This document shows, piece after piece, positions 1 to 9,091 of a stretch of DNA of 64,000 nucleotides; within the stretch, counting starts at the first letter, position 1, and every line of letters begins with the position of its first letter. Location: positions 5,216,001-5,280,000 of the forward strand of contig OY762428.1 in NCBI GenBank assembly GCA_963665665.1, given 5' to 3'. The DNA comes from Candidatus Kapaibacterium sp. (GTDB lineage: Bacteria; Bacteroidota; Ignavibacteria; Kapaibacteriales; UBA2268). The notes under the pieces are model-generated. The model saw nothing but the letters and a program-made list of their open reading frames with translations. It did not search any database and was not told the origin of the DNA. Made by a program: the position numbers and the translations under genes.

Positions 1-1
1 G

Positions 2-607
2 ATGCTTGTTATCAAAACGAATCCTGTCAGGAACTTCTTTGGTTTCTTCGGGCTGGATATGGAAACTGCCGGTATCGGTGAAAAGAACAAAGGAGCCGAA
101 ACTGCCGTTCCTTTTGCAGTGAAAGAAAAAGTCTTTCCACTGGCTGAACTGCTTACAAATGCCATTATTCCTGATGATTTTATTCCTGTTTCAAGGAAAA
201 CTATCAGAAGAGCATTCATTCGTTACAGCCTTTGGGTGATAATTATCAGTTTTGCTGCTTTTTGGTTTTATACATGGGCTATTACTCTATTGGGCTTGCT
301 GCCACTTGTATATTATTTTGCTTACATACGCTGGAAATACAGGGGGTACAGGTTTAGTGAAGATTTTATTTATATAAAGCAGGGTTTCTTATCCAGAAGG
401 ATTTCAGTTGTTCCAATTAAAAAAATCCAGACCCTGAATATATTCAGGACATTTTTCCAGCGCAGGCTGGGGCTTTCCACACTTCATATCGACACAGCGG
501 CAACTTCATTGACCGGTGATGCTACAATTATTGATATCGATTCGGATGATGCCGTTATTATGATGGAAGACATTAACTCCAGGTTCAAGCAGAAACAGGC
601 TTTATAA
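2..607 (+). CDS. YdbT-like membrane protein with bacterial PH (bPH_2) domain, 5'-truncated
   Basis: TM pair followed by GFLSRRISVVPIKKIQ...FQRRLGLSTLHIDTAA, typical of bPH_2; open at window edge. Confidence 0.75.
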   Translation: MLVIKTNPVRNFFGFFGLDMETAGIGEKNKGAETAVPFAVKEKVFPLAELLTNAIIPDDFIPVSRKTIRRAFIRYSLWVIIISFAAFWFYTWAITLLGLLPLVYYFAYIRWKYRGYRFSEDFIYIKQGFLSRRISVVPIKKIQTLNIFRTFFQRRLGLSTLHIDTAATSLTGDATIIDIDSDDAVIMMEDINSRFKQKQAL

Positions 608-643
608 TTTTGTGTCAGATTTTTTTCTTTTCTAAAAAAAATC

Positions 644-651
644 TATCTTTG
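644..651 (+). promoter_or_regulatory. putative Bacteroidota-type -7 promoter element (TAnnTTTG) for accD
   Basis: TATCTTTG about 40 bp upstream of the ATG. Confidence 0.5.
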
Positions 652-690
652 ACAATATTATTAAATCAATTATGATTACCGAGGTAAAAA

Positions 691-1530
691 ATGGCTTGGT
701 TTTTAAGATCGAAACAAAAAATTGAAACTGAAGAATCCAAAAATATGCCTGATGGCTTATGGACAAAATGTCCTTCATGCAGCGAGGTTATATATAAAAA
801 AGAACTTGAGGAAAACCTTTTTACCTGTCCGAAATGTGATTACCATTTCAGGATAAGTTCTTTGGATTATATAGACATACTTCTGGACGAAGATAGTTTC
901 GAGGAAACAAATATTAATATAAAATCTTCTGATCCTCTTGAATTTCATGATACTAAACCTTATCCGCAGAGAATAGAAGAAGGTTCAAAAAAGTCAGGAA
1001 TGAATGATGCCCTGACTACAGGAACTGCAAAAATTAACGGAAAAGATGTATCGTTTGCCATCATGAATTTTAACTTCATTGGGGGCAGTATGGGGGCAGT
1101 TGTTGGAGAAAAATTTTACAGGGCGGCTAAATATGCTCTTGATAAGAACATTCCTTTTATAATGGTTAGTGCCTCGGGAGGGGCTAGGATGCAGGAAGCG
1201 GCTCTTTCCCTGATGCAGATGGCAAAAACATCAGCAATCCTTTCGGAACTGGATGAAAACGGAGTGCCATATATATCACTTCTGACTGATCCTACCACCG
1301 GAGGCGTAAGTGCTTCATTCGGTATGCTTGGAGACCTGAACATAGCCGAACCAGGGGCGTTGATTGGTTTTGCGGGCCCGAGAGTAATCGAGCAGACTAT
1401 TCGCAGGAAGTTACCAAAGGGATTTCAAAGAGCAGAAGGAGTTCTGAAAAACGGTTTCCTTGATTTTATTACCCATAGGAAAGAATTAAAGGAAAAATTA
1501 GCTACCGTTTTGAAATGGTATGGATATTAG
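691..1530 (+). CDS. accD: acetyl-CoA carboxylase carboxyltransferase beta subunit
   Basis: LWTKCPSC...CPKC zinc finger, GGSMG, SGGARMQE, PTTGGVSAS, IGFAGPRVIEQT. Confidence 0.97.
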   Translation: MAWFLRSKQKIETEESKNMPDGLWTKCPSCSEVIYKKELEENLFTCPKCDYHFRISSLDYIDILLDEDSFEETNINIKSSDPLEFHDTKPYPQRIEEGSKKSGMNDALTTGTAKINGKDVSFAIMNFNFIGGSMGAVVGEKFYRAAKYALDKNIPFIMVSASGGARMQEAALSLMQMAKTSAILSELDENGVPYISLLTDPTTGGVSASFGMLGDLNIAEPGALIGFAGPRVIEQTIRRKLPKGFQRAEGVLKNGFLDFITHRKELKEKLATVLKWYGY

Positions 1531-1552
1531 AATTATTATAAAATAGTTGATT

Positions 1553-1591
1553 ATGTCCAATGTTCAGTTCGAATATTGGACATATTTTTTT
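1553..1591 (+). terminator. intrinsic terminator after accD
   Basis: ATGTCCAAT...ATTGGACAT stem followed by a T-tract. Confidence 0.65.
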
Positions 1592-1704
1592 AATTATTGA
1601 TAAAAATCAAACTTGTTTAATACTCAAATCGTTTATATTTTAAATAATCCCGGTTCAGAATATACTGAATTGGCCGATATTATTAGTGGATTGGTACGTG
1701 ATAT

Positions 1705-3321
1705 ATGAAAAGTAACAAATATATATTATTTATTTTGCTGGGGATATTATCATATTCCTGCTCTTCTGTTCCTGAAGAATCAGATTCAATGAGAAGGCTG
1801 CTAAAAGCAGAATTTTCCAGAATGAATTATATCGACACGAATGATATAGAAGATAAGGTTCGGGGCTTTGTTATCAAAGGTTCCGAATATCAGCAGCAAT
1901 GGGAATACGCAGAGGCTGCTATTGAGTTTCAGGAAGCTTTAAGGTATGATTCTTCAGCAACGATTCATTATGCCCTTGCCCGATGCTATAAAGAACTCGA
2001 AAAATATCATCTTGCTGTTGAGCAAATAAATTTTGCATTGGAAAGGGAACCAGAATTTGTACCTGCACTCGAACTTCTTGCAGAAATATATATCAGTACA
2101 TCTGAACTTAACAATGCGATAGCTGTATACAAAAGGCTTTCTGAAGTAAGTAACAATACTGAGTTTTTAAAAACTCTTGCCAGGCTTTACGAATTTGATG
2201 ACCGGGATAAAGCAATTGAAATATACGAGCAGTTACTTGAAAAGGGAGAATATCCAAACATCTTGAACAGGCTTTCGGGATTGTACAGGCAGGCCGGAAA
2301 ATATAATGAATATCTTGAAGTAAATAATAAATTATTTGATTATAATCCAAATGCCCGTAGTGCTGTTAATATTGTTGACGGCTACGTAAATGAAAAAGAT
2401 TATGAAATGGCGATAAATTTTCTTGAAAAAGTTGATAATTCTCTTCCATCAACAGAATTGCCCGTTATCTACTCTGCCATAGCTAATGCTTTGTACAGTG
2501 ATAATAATGTTGATACGAACTTGATCAAATCGTTTCTGTCAAAATTAGACAATAGATTTTATTTCGAATGGCGAATAATGATCATGGGGGGATTTCTTTG
2601 TCATAAGATAGATGAAGACGACAAACGAGATGAGTATTTCGACAGGGCAATATCTGTTTCGGACAGTGTTTCGGATATTCCATTTCAGATTGGCTTGTTT
2701 TACTTCCAGAACAAAGAATATTTACCTTCACTTGAGATTTTTCAAACAAATGAGAAAAATTTTCCCGATGACATTAGATATCCTCTACTTCAGGGAATCG
2801 TGCTTTCGCAAATGGGAAAAAATGAAAGGGCCATTGTACCACTAACCCGGGCCTTGGTAAAAGAACCTGAGAATGTTGAAATATTGTCGCAAATAGGAAT
2901 TATTTATGACCAACTGAAAAATTTTGATTCTTCAAGGGTATACTATCAAAAAGCTCTAATTGAAGCCCCCGGAGATCCACTTATAAATAATAATCTGGCA
3001 TATAATATGGCTGTTGCCGGGGAAAATCTTGAAAAGGCACTTAGAATGAGTAAACTTGCGATTACATCAGAGCCCGAAAATTCTGCATACATGGATACTT
3101 TTGGCTGGATAAATTATAAAATGGGAAAATATCATATAGCCCTGGAATACGTTTTGAAAGCTGTAAACAGCGGCGATGCAGGGGCAGAAGTATATGAACA
3201 TCTGATCGAAATTTATATTAAATTGGACAGGAAGGAAGATGCCTTAAAAACAATAGAAAAAGCGGCACGAATTTTTCCTGATAATAATATTTTTAAGAAA
3301 GAAAAATTCTTAATTAAATAA
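1705..3321 (+). CDS. tetratricopeptide-repeat lipoprotein
   Basis: lipobox-like LSYSC, many TPRs, C-terminal NNLAY...YMDTFGWINYKMG...EVYEHL pattern. Confidence 0.85.
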   Translation: MKSNKYILFILLGILSYSCSSVPEESDSMRRLLKAEFSRMNYIDTNDIEDKVRGFVIKGSEYQQQWEYAEAAIEFQEALRYDSSATIHYALARCYKELEKYHLAVEQINFALEREPEFVPALELLAEIYISTSELNNAIAVYKRLSEVSNNTEFLKTLARLYEFDDRDKAIEIYEQLLEKGEYPNILNRLSGLYRQAGKYNEYLEVNNKLFDYNPNARSAVNIVDGYVNEKDYEMAINFLEKVDNSLPSTELPVIYSAIANALYSDNNVDTNLIKSFLSKLDNRFYFEWRIMIMGGFLCHKIDEDDKRDEYFDRAISVSDSVSDIPFQIGLFYFQNKEYLPSLEIFQTNEKNFPDDIRYPLLQGIVLSQMGKNERAIVPLTRALVKEPENVEILSQIGIIYDQLKNFDSSRVYYQKALIEAPGDPLINNNLAYNMAVAGENLEKALRMSKLAITSEPENSAYMDTFGWINYKMGKYHIALEYVLKAVNSGDAGAEVYEHLIEIYIKLDRKEDALKTIEKAARIFPDNNIFKKEKFLIK

Positions 3322-3330
3322 AGGTTAAAC

Positions 3331-4185
3331 ATGTTTGTAATTATTGGTACTGTTATCGTTTTTGCCAGCCTTATTATCGGTTATACCATGCACCATGGTA
3401 ATCTTGCCGTTCTGATGCAGGTGAACGAGTTTATCATTATCGGCGGTGCTGCAATCGGATCGCTGTTAATTGCCAATCCAATGCATATAATCAAAAAAGT
3501 TATTGCAGGGCTGATCGGTACTTTGAAAGGTCCAAGTGTTAATAAAAAGGCATATATTGAGCTTATGCAGATGATGTATGAGTTATTTCAGTTTGCCAAA
3601 AGAGAGGGTTTGATAGCTCTTGAATCTCATGTTGAGGATCCTCCAAGTAGTCCGATAATTTCAAAATATCCGACTTTCCTTTCAAATCATCACGGAGTGG
3701 AATTTCTTTGCGATACACTGAAGATCGTTCTTTCAGGTGGCGTACCTGCACATGACCTGGAAGAATTAATGGATATTGATATTGAAGTTCTTCACGAAAC
3801 CGAAGCAATTCCGCCGGCAGCTATGACAACAGTTGCGGATGCTTTTCCCGGCCTTGGTATCGTGGCCGCCGTGCTTGGTATTATCATCACGATGGGCCAT
3901 ATCAACGAGGGTGCTGAAGCTGTGGGAGCCAGTGTGGCTGCCGCTCTTGTGGGAACTTTCTTTGGTGTGCTGATGTCATACGGCGTTATCGGGCCTATAG
4001 CAAAAAATATGGAAAACAATATGGTTACCGAAGCAAAATATATTATGGCAATTAAGTCTGCCTTGCTTTCTTTTGCAAAAGGTGCCCCGGCAGCTGTAGC
4101 TATTGAATACGGCAGAAGGTCAATTGATCCTGAAAACAGGCCAAGCTTCTCTGAAACAGAAGAAGCTCTTAAAGCAACTAAATAA
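3331..4185 (+). CDS. motA: flagellar-type motor stator protein MotA
   Basis: KREGLIALE, DAFPGLGIVAAVLGII, AALVGTFFGV, AIEYGRRSI...RPSF. Confidence 0.95.
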   Translation: MFVIIGTVIVFASLIIGYTMHHGNLAVLMQVNEFIIIGGAAIGSLLIANPMHIIKKVIAGLIGTLKGPSVNKKAYIELMQMMYELFQFAKREGLIALESHVEDPPSSPIISKYPTFLSNHHGVEFLCDTLKIVLSGGVPAHDLEELMDIDIEVLHETEAIPPAAMTTVADAFPGLGIVAAVLGIIITMGHINEGAEAVGASVAAALVGTFFGVLMSYGVIGPIAKNMENNMVTEAKYIMAIKSALLSFAKGAPAAVAIEYGRRSIDPENRPSFSETEEALKATK

Positions 4186-4198
4186 TTAGAGGTTCATT

Positions 4199-5128
4199 AT
4201 GGCTGAAGATCAAAATAGCGGTCAGCAAAAAAAAGAAGAACCGATTATAATAAAGAAAAAGAAGGGCCATGGCGGCCACGGGCATCACGGTGGAGCCTGG
4301 AAAGTTGCTTATGCTGACTTTGTGACGGCCATGATGGCGTTTTTCATTGTAATGTGGATTCTTGCTTCCAGTCAGGAAACAAGGGATTCAATCGACCAGT
4401 ATTTTAACCATCCCGAACAGTTTGACTTTTTTTCAGGTAAGCCACTTGTGGTGGATCTGAACCTGAAACCTACCGGTTCCGGCAAAGGTGATAAAGAAGG
4501 AGATAAGGATGGAACTCAGCCATTCCAGATTTCTTTCGATCAGGAAACGGTTGATTCCGTTGTTGCAAAATTGCAGCAGCAGGCAAGAGCAGACAGCGCT
4601 GCCGCCGCCGACAGAGTTGATAAGATCAGGCAAACCCTTGAAGAATATATTGATGAGATGGTTATCAGCAAGCCCGATCTGGAAGAACTGCTTAATTCTA
4701 TAAAATTTGAATATACCGATGAAGGGCTTAGGGTTGAGCTTATCGAATCTTCTGAATCAATGTTCTTCGAAGTTGGCAGTGCTACCCTGAAACCTAAGGC
4801 TGTTGAAATACTCCGTAAGCTTTCGGGTGAAATTGGTAAACTACTCAATGATGTTGAAATTGAAGGCCACACTGACAGCAGGCAATATGCTTCCTCATCC
4901 GGATATACCAACTTCGAGCTTTCATCCGACAGGGCAAATGCTGCCAGGAGAGTCCTTGAACAAACAGGACTTTGGGAAGGCCAGATAAAAATGGTTACAG
5001 GCTATGCCGACAGAAAGCTACGAAATCCTGATAATCCTTTTGATGTTTCTAACAGGAGGGTTAGCATTCTTGTAAGACATTTCAAATCAGATGATCTATT
5101 GCCAACAACAGGCGAGGAAGAGAAATGA
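4199..5128 (+). CDS. motB: motor stator protein MotB
   Basis: HHGGAWKVAYADFVTAMMAFF with the essential Asp; OmpA-like domain (EGHTD, NFELSSDRANAARR, NRRVSI). Confidence 0.95.
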   Translation: MAEDQNSGQQKKEEPIIIKKKKGHGGHGHHGGAWKVAYADFVTAMMAFFIVMWILASSQETRDSIDQYFNHPEQFDFFSGKPLVVDLNLKPTGSGKGDKEGDKDGTQPFQISFDQETVDSVVAKLQQQARADSAAAADRVDKIRQTLEEYIDEMVISKPDLEELLNSIKFEYTDEGLRVELIESSESMFFEVGSATLKPKAVEILRKLSGEIGKLLNDVEIEGHTDSRQYASSSGYTNFELSSDRANAARRVLEQTGLWEGQIKMVTGYADRKLRNPDNPFDVSNRRVSILVRHFKSDDLLPTTGEEEK

Positions 5129-6330
5129 GAAACACTATCCTTATAGTCGATGATGAAAAAGCTTCATTGCTGGCTCTGAAAAGAAATATTAATAAGGCCT
5201 TCAATGAACTTGATATTATAATTGCATCCGACGGCCTGGAAGCCTGGAATTTAATCAAAGATAACCGTCCGGATATCCTGCTTACTGACGTGGTTATGCC
5301 AAAACTTGATGGTATAAGGCTGCTGGAGAAGATACGTTCTTCAGAACAGTATAACAATCTATATATTATTATAATGACCGGACAGGTTGACCACAATCGT
5401 AGTATTGAAGCTCTTGACAAAGGAGCCGATGATTTTCTTTCCAAACCGGTTAATAACGATGAACTTATCGCGAGAATAAAATCGGCATTAAGATTTGCGC
5501 AGCTACAGAACAGGCTTATTGACGAAAATAGCCTGCTGATGCAGCTTGCTTCGGAATTGGAAAGAGATATTGATGATATGACCAAACTTGCTGTTAAATT
5601 TCTTCAGGCAAGAATACCACAATCATACGATACACTGCGTCGAGTTGCAGCAGCTTCAGTCTGGATTGCCAGGCAATTAGACGAATTGGATGATGATGAA
5701 ATAAAAGATATTGAAATAGCTGCTTTTCTTTGTCAGGCTGGAAAAGTTGTTTTACCTGATGAATTAATTAACAAGCCGGTTGTTTACGACGGGCAGGCTA
5801 CTGACAAAATTATGTATCAGGTGCCTGTAACGGCAAGGGATATTGTTGGTTCCGTTCGAAGATTCAAAGATGTGTCCGACATGCTTTACAGTATGTACGA
5901 GAATTTTGACGGAAGCGGATTTCCTGAAAAGAGGCAAAGCTGGCAAATTCCCATTGGAGCCCGCATTATTCGTGTGGCTCTGGATTATGAAATTTTCAGG
6001 GATTATTCCGGCATGACTGCCAGAAAAAGTGTGAATGCCATAAAAACTGCTGCCAAAAGATTTTATGACCACAGGGTGGTTCTTCTGTTAGAACACTATG
6101 TAAGAAGTATTTTGAAAGAAGACTATGACCCTGACGAGATGGCTGTTCGCTTGTCAAAACTTGTTCCAGGTATGCTTCTGACAAGAGATATCATAACTAA
6201 TTCGGGATTGAAATTAATGCCCTCTGGTGCCGTCCTGAAGGAAAGAACAATAAACCAGTTAATAAACATTAATACATCCGATCCTATTCTCGGAAATATT
6301 TACGTTAAGAAAAGATTATCATCAGGCTAA
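5125..6330 (+). CDS. response regulator (REC) with degenerate HD-GYP domain
   Basis: ILIVDD...LTDVVMP...KP receiver; YENFDGSGFP and IPIGARII; ATGA overlap with motB stop. Confidence 0.85.
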   Translation: MRNTILIVDDEKASLLALKRNINKAFNELDIIIASDGLEAWNLIKDNRPDILLTDVVMPKLDGIRLLEKIRSSEQYNNLYIIIMTGQVDHNRSIEALDKGADDFLSKPVNNDELIARIKSALRFAQLQNRLIDENSLLMQLASELERDIDDMTKLAVKFLQARIPQSYDTLRRVAAASVWIARQLDELDDDEIKDIEIAAFLCQAGKVVLPDELINKPVVYDGQATDKIMYQVPVTARDIVGSVRRFKDVSDMLYSMYENFDGSGFPEKRQSWQIPIGARIIRVALDYEIFRDYSGMTARKSVNAIKTAAKRFYDHRVVLLLEHYVRSILKEDYDPDEMAVRLSKLVPGMLLTRDIITNSGLKLMPSGAVLKERTINQLININTSDPILGNIYVKKRLSSG

Positions 6331-7050
6331 TCCGATAAATGCAGACATACGTCCCGATTTATCACCATCCCTTCGGTAGGAGTGGTAATCTCTGTTTTCT
6401 ATTGTACAAACATTCGAAATCTCAATATTAGATTCCTTTATTCCTGATTTGACAAGCTGCCTTTCAATTTCTTTTCGGATATCAAGCAGATACTTTCCGT
6501 TGGTTTTTGCTTTTATACCAATTGAAAACAATTCTGCTACTTCACTTCCAACTTCATAATTATCTCCTGAAGCACATGCTGATAAATATACCTGCATGTT
6601 TTCTGGTGTGGAATCATATTCTTTTTCCATCATAGAAATTCCTTTCGCAGCAATATTCAGGCTTGTTCCGCGCCAGCCTGAGTGCAGCGCTGCAATTACC
6701 TTTAACACCGGATCATGAATCAATATAGCACAGCAGTCGGCAATTGTTACATTAAGAATCAGCCCCGGAATATTTGTAATCATTCCGTCGGATTCTTCTT
6801 CAATCGAATCCCTACTTATGATTCGAATTAAATTCTTGTGAACCTGCCTTTGGAATTTTAATCTGTCCAATTTACTATTCAGGTTTTCTGCCAGAATTCT
6901 ACGGTGTTGGATAACTTCTTCATTAGCCAGTATTTTTCCCGGGAATATCGAAAAACCCTTACCATGAAATATTTCAAAATTAGATTTTGTTACTCCCGAT
7001 ATTATTTCGTCGTTGTTAAATATTGTTGGTTTATTAATTTCAATTTTCAT
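6322..7050 (-). CDS. pgeF: polyphenol oxidase-like / peptidoglycan editing factor PgeF (YfiH family)
   Basis: QVH, DGMIT, TIADC, HSGWRGT, YEVG, HSYRRDG; start set at MKIEINK (the ORF-track start at 7116 overlaps comEC heavily). Confidence 0.9.
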   Translation of the reverse strand: MKIEINKPTIFNNDEIISGVTKSNFEIFHGKGFSIFPGKILANEEVIQHRRILAENLNSKLDRLKFQRQVHKNLIRIISRDSIEEESDGMITNIPGLILNVTIADCCAILIHDPVLKVIAALHSGWRGTSLNIAAKGISMMEKEYDSTPENMQVYLSACASGDNYEVGSEVAELFSIGIKAKTNGKYLLDIRKEIERQLVKSGIKESNIEISNVCTIENRDYHSYRRDGDKSGRMSAFIGLA

Positions 7051-8929
7051 TTTCAATCTCAATAATTTGTTCCAATCTTCTAATTCCGAGTTCCCCGCAT
7101 ATTCTGTCCTGCTCATATAGAGTCAGGTCGATAAGTTCGGCATCAGTATCATCACAAATATAATCATACAGATTATAACCATTATTCCCGTTAGCAAAAA
7201 TTTTAATCTCTTTATTATTTTGTTCTTTTAAATATTGTTCGAATGCAATATCTCTTTTGGGATATAATGCAGGTTTTCTGTCTGCGGCAATTATATATAA
7301 AGTATTGCTGTTATTAATTATTACAGAGGATAGGTGTTTTCTTGCGGATATTATAAGATCGTTGTTTCTTTCGTAATACTTATCTGTTATAGTTATCCCG
7401 GAAAATAAAATAAAAGCAGATACCATTAATCTGAAAAAAACTTGCTTTTGTCGGATTGAGTTTATTAAATATAAAATTACAATGCTGATTATTAGTGAAA
7501 GGACAAAAGCAGATTTTCCACTATAATGTGAGAATGGGATACTTGCTAACAAATCAGTAATGTAAAGGGAAACTGAAAAACAAAGGTCGGCAGTATTAGC
7601 AAAAATTTCTGATGCAAACGGGATAACAAAACTCAAGGCAATCCCGAGATATGAGTATATCATACCGAGAATCATACAAGGGACGACTATAAGATTGGCT
7701 ATTATCTGAGAGAAAGAAAATATACCGAAATAGTAAGCCGTCAGAGGAGCTACTGTTATCGTTACTGAAATAGTTAAAGCTATAGAACGCCATAAATAAT
7801 CTGCAATGAAGTCTCCGGATTTGAATATCATTTTTAACTTTTCCAGAATAACCGGGTAGAACAGCACAATTCCTGCCACTGCAAATACCGACATCCTGAA
7901 ACCGGCAGAAAATATGAGTTTGGGCTGCCATAGTATAGTAACAATAACAACGAATGCCAGGATATTTATGATGTTTATCCGATGGTTGAAAGTATAAACA
8001 TAATAAATCAGGCAGGATAATAAGCCCGCCCGAATTCCTGAGGGCTGAAATCCGGTCAGGAATATAAATAGCATAACAATTATCGAAAATAATAAAATTT
8101 TCGTTAGTCTGGATTTTATAGGCAATAAAATAAAATTAATTAAAAAGGCAATAATTCCAATGTGAAGCCCGCTTATTGCAAGTACATGGGCCGTTCCTGT
8201 AACAGAGAAATTTTGCTTTGTATCTCTGTCTATCCTGCTTTTATCACCAGTTGCCAGAGCATACACAATATTTCCGGAAGACTTGCCAAAAAGGAATTGA
8301 ATCTTGTTGTCAATATCCGAAAGAATTGAATTTCTGGTGGATTTAATGATGCCGGGTGCTGACAGGATCGAGATATTCCTATATCTTACAACTCCGCACC
8401 ATGAGACGCCGATTCCCCTGCAATAATCAGCCATTGGAAAATCAGTTTCCAGGTTTCCGTTGTTTGGTAATTCCAGATGAAGGTTAGCGAATATTTCACT
8501 TCCGCAATCAATCCTGTCTGTTGGTTTGTATTTGAATATTGTAAGTACTACTCCTTGTGACTGTATTTTGGGAAGATATTTCGTATCAACCATACCCCTG
8601 AAAATAACACGTGAATATCTATCAGTTTCGATTAATATTTTCTCTACTTGTCCTTTAATTATAGCCGGAGTATCCTGCATTATCTTGTTGGTTTCAGGCA
8701 AAACTAAATTGCTTATTCTGATAAACAAAATAATTGAAATGAAAAATGATGACAGAATATAAGCAGCAAAATATTTTCTGGATAATAAGGATAAAACTAT
8801 AATTATCCCGGTAAAAGCCAATATAAGCCAATAATTATTAAAAGTAATCAAATCTGAAATATATAATAAAAGGGAAAAAGTTGTTATCATTAGCAACAAT
8901 TTGACTGCGGGTAGTTTCAGGTATTTCAT
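7040..8929 (-). CDS. comEC: ComEC/Rec2 family competence membrane protein
   Basis: GTAHVLAISGLHIG, PSGIRAG, SAGFRMS, multiple TMs; no clear C-terminal MBL domain. Confidence 0.88.
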   Translation of the reverse strand: MKYLKLPAVKLLLMITTFSLLLYISDLITFNNYWLILAFTGIIIVLSLLSRKYFAAYILSSFFISIILFIRISNLVLPETNKIMQDTPAIIKGQVEKILIETDRYSRVIFRGMVDTKYLPKIQSQGVVLTIFKYKPTDRIDCGSEIFANLHLELPNNGNLETDFPMADYCRGIGVSWCGVVRYRNISILSAPGIIKSTRNSILSDIDNKIQFLFGKSSGNIVYALATGDKSRIDRDTKQNFSVTGTAHVLAISGLHIGIIAFLINFILLPIKSRLTKILLFSIIVMLFIFLTGFQPSGIRAGLLSCLIYYVYTFNHRINIINILAFVVIVTILWQPKLIFSAGFRMSVFAVAGIVLFYPVILEKLKMIFKSGDFIADYLWRSIALTISVTITVAPLTAYYFGIFSFSQIIANLIVVPCMILGMIYSYLGIALSFVIPFASEIFANTADLCFSVSLYITDLLASIPFSHYSGKSAFVLSLIISIVILYLINSIRQKQVFFRLMVSAFILFSGITITDKYYERNNDLIISARKHLSSVIINNSNTLYIIAADRKPALYPKRDIAFEQYLKEQNNKEIKIFANGNNGYNLYDYICDDTDAELIDLTLYEQDRICGELGIRRLEQIIEIENEN

Positions 8930-9036
8930 CTTTCTGATCAATTATTTCCGACAGAATACATTACAAAATAAAATACTGATAATAATTGTATTTCCAAATA
9001 GTTTTTTCATTGTTGAGCCGATATGTTATTTTTTCT

Positions 9037-9044
9037 TAGTTTTG
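9037..9044 (+). promoter_or_regulatory. putative -7 promoter element for glmS
   Basis: TAGTTTTG about 50 bp upstream of the ATG. Confidence 0.5.
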
Positions 9045-9091
9045 TATTAATTAGAAATTAATACAAAATAAATTTATATCAGGGAAATTAT

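Noticed and set aside
3331-5128. Zorya (ZorAB) anti-phage system
   Set aside because: MotA is 284 aa with no long cytoplasmic tail, motifs are flagellar-type, and there are no zorC/D/E genes
8942-9091. glmS ribozyme
   Set aside because: Leader is short, very AT-rich and lacks the paired core structure
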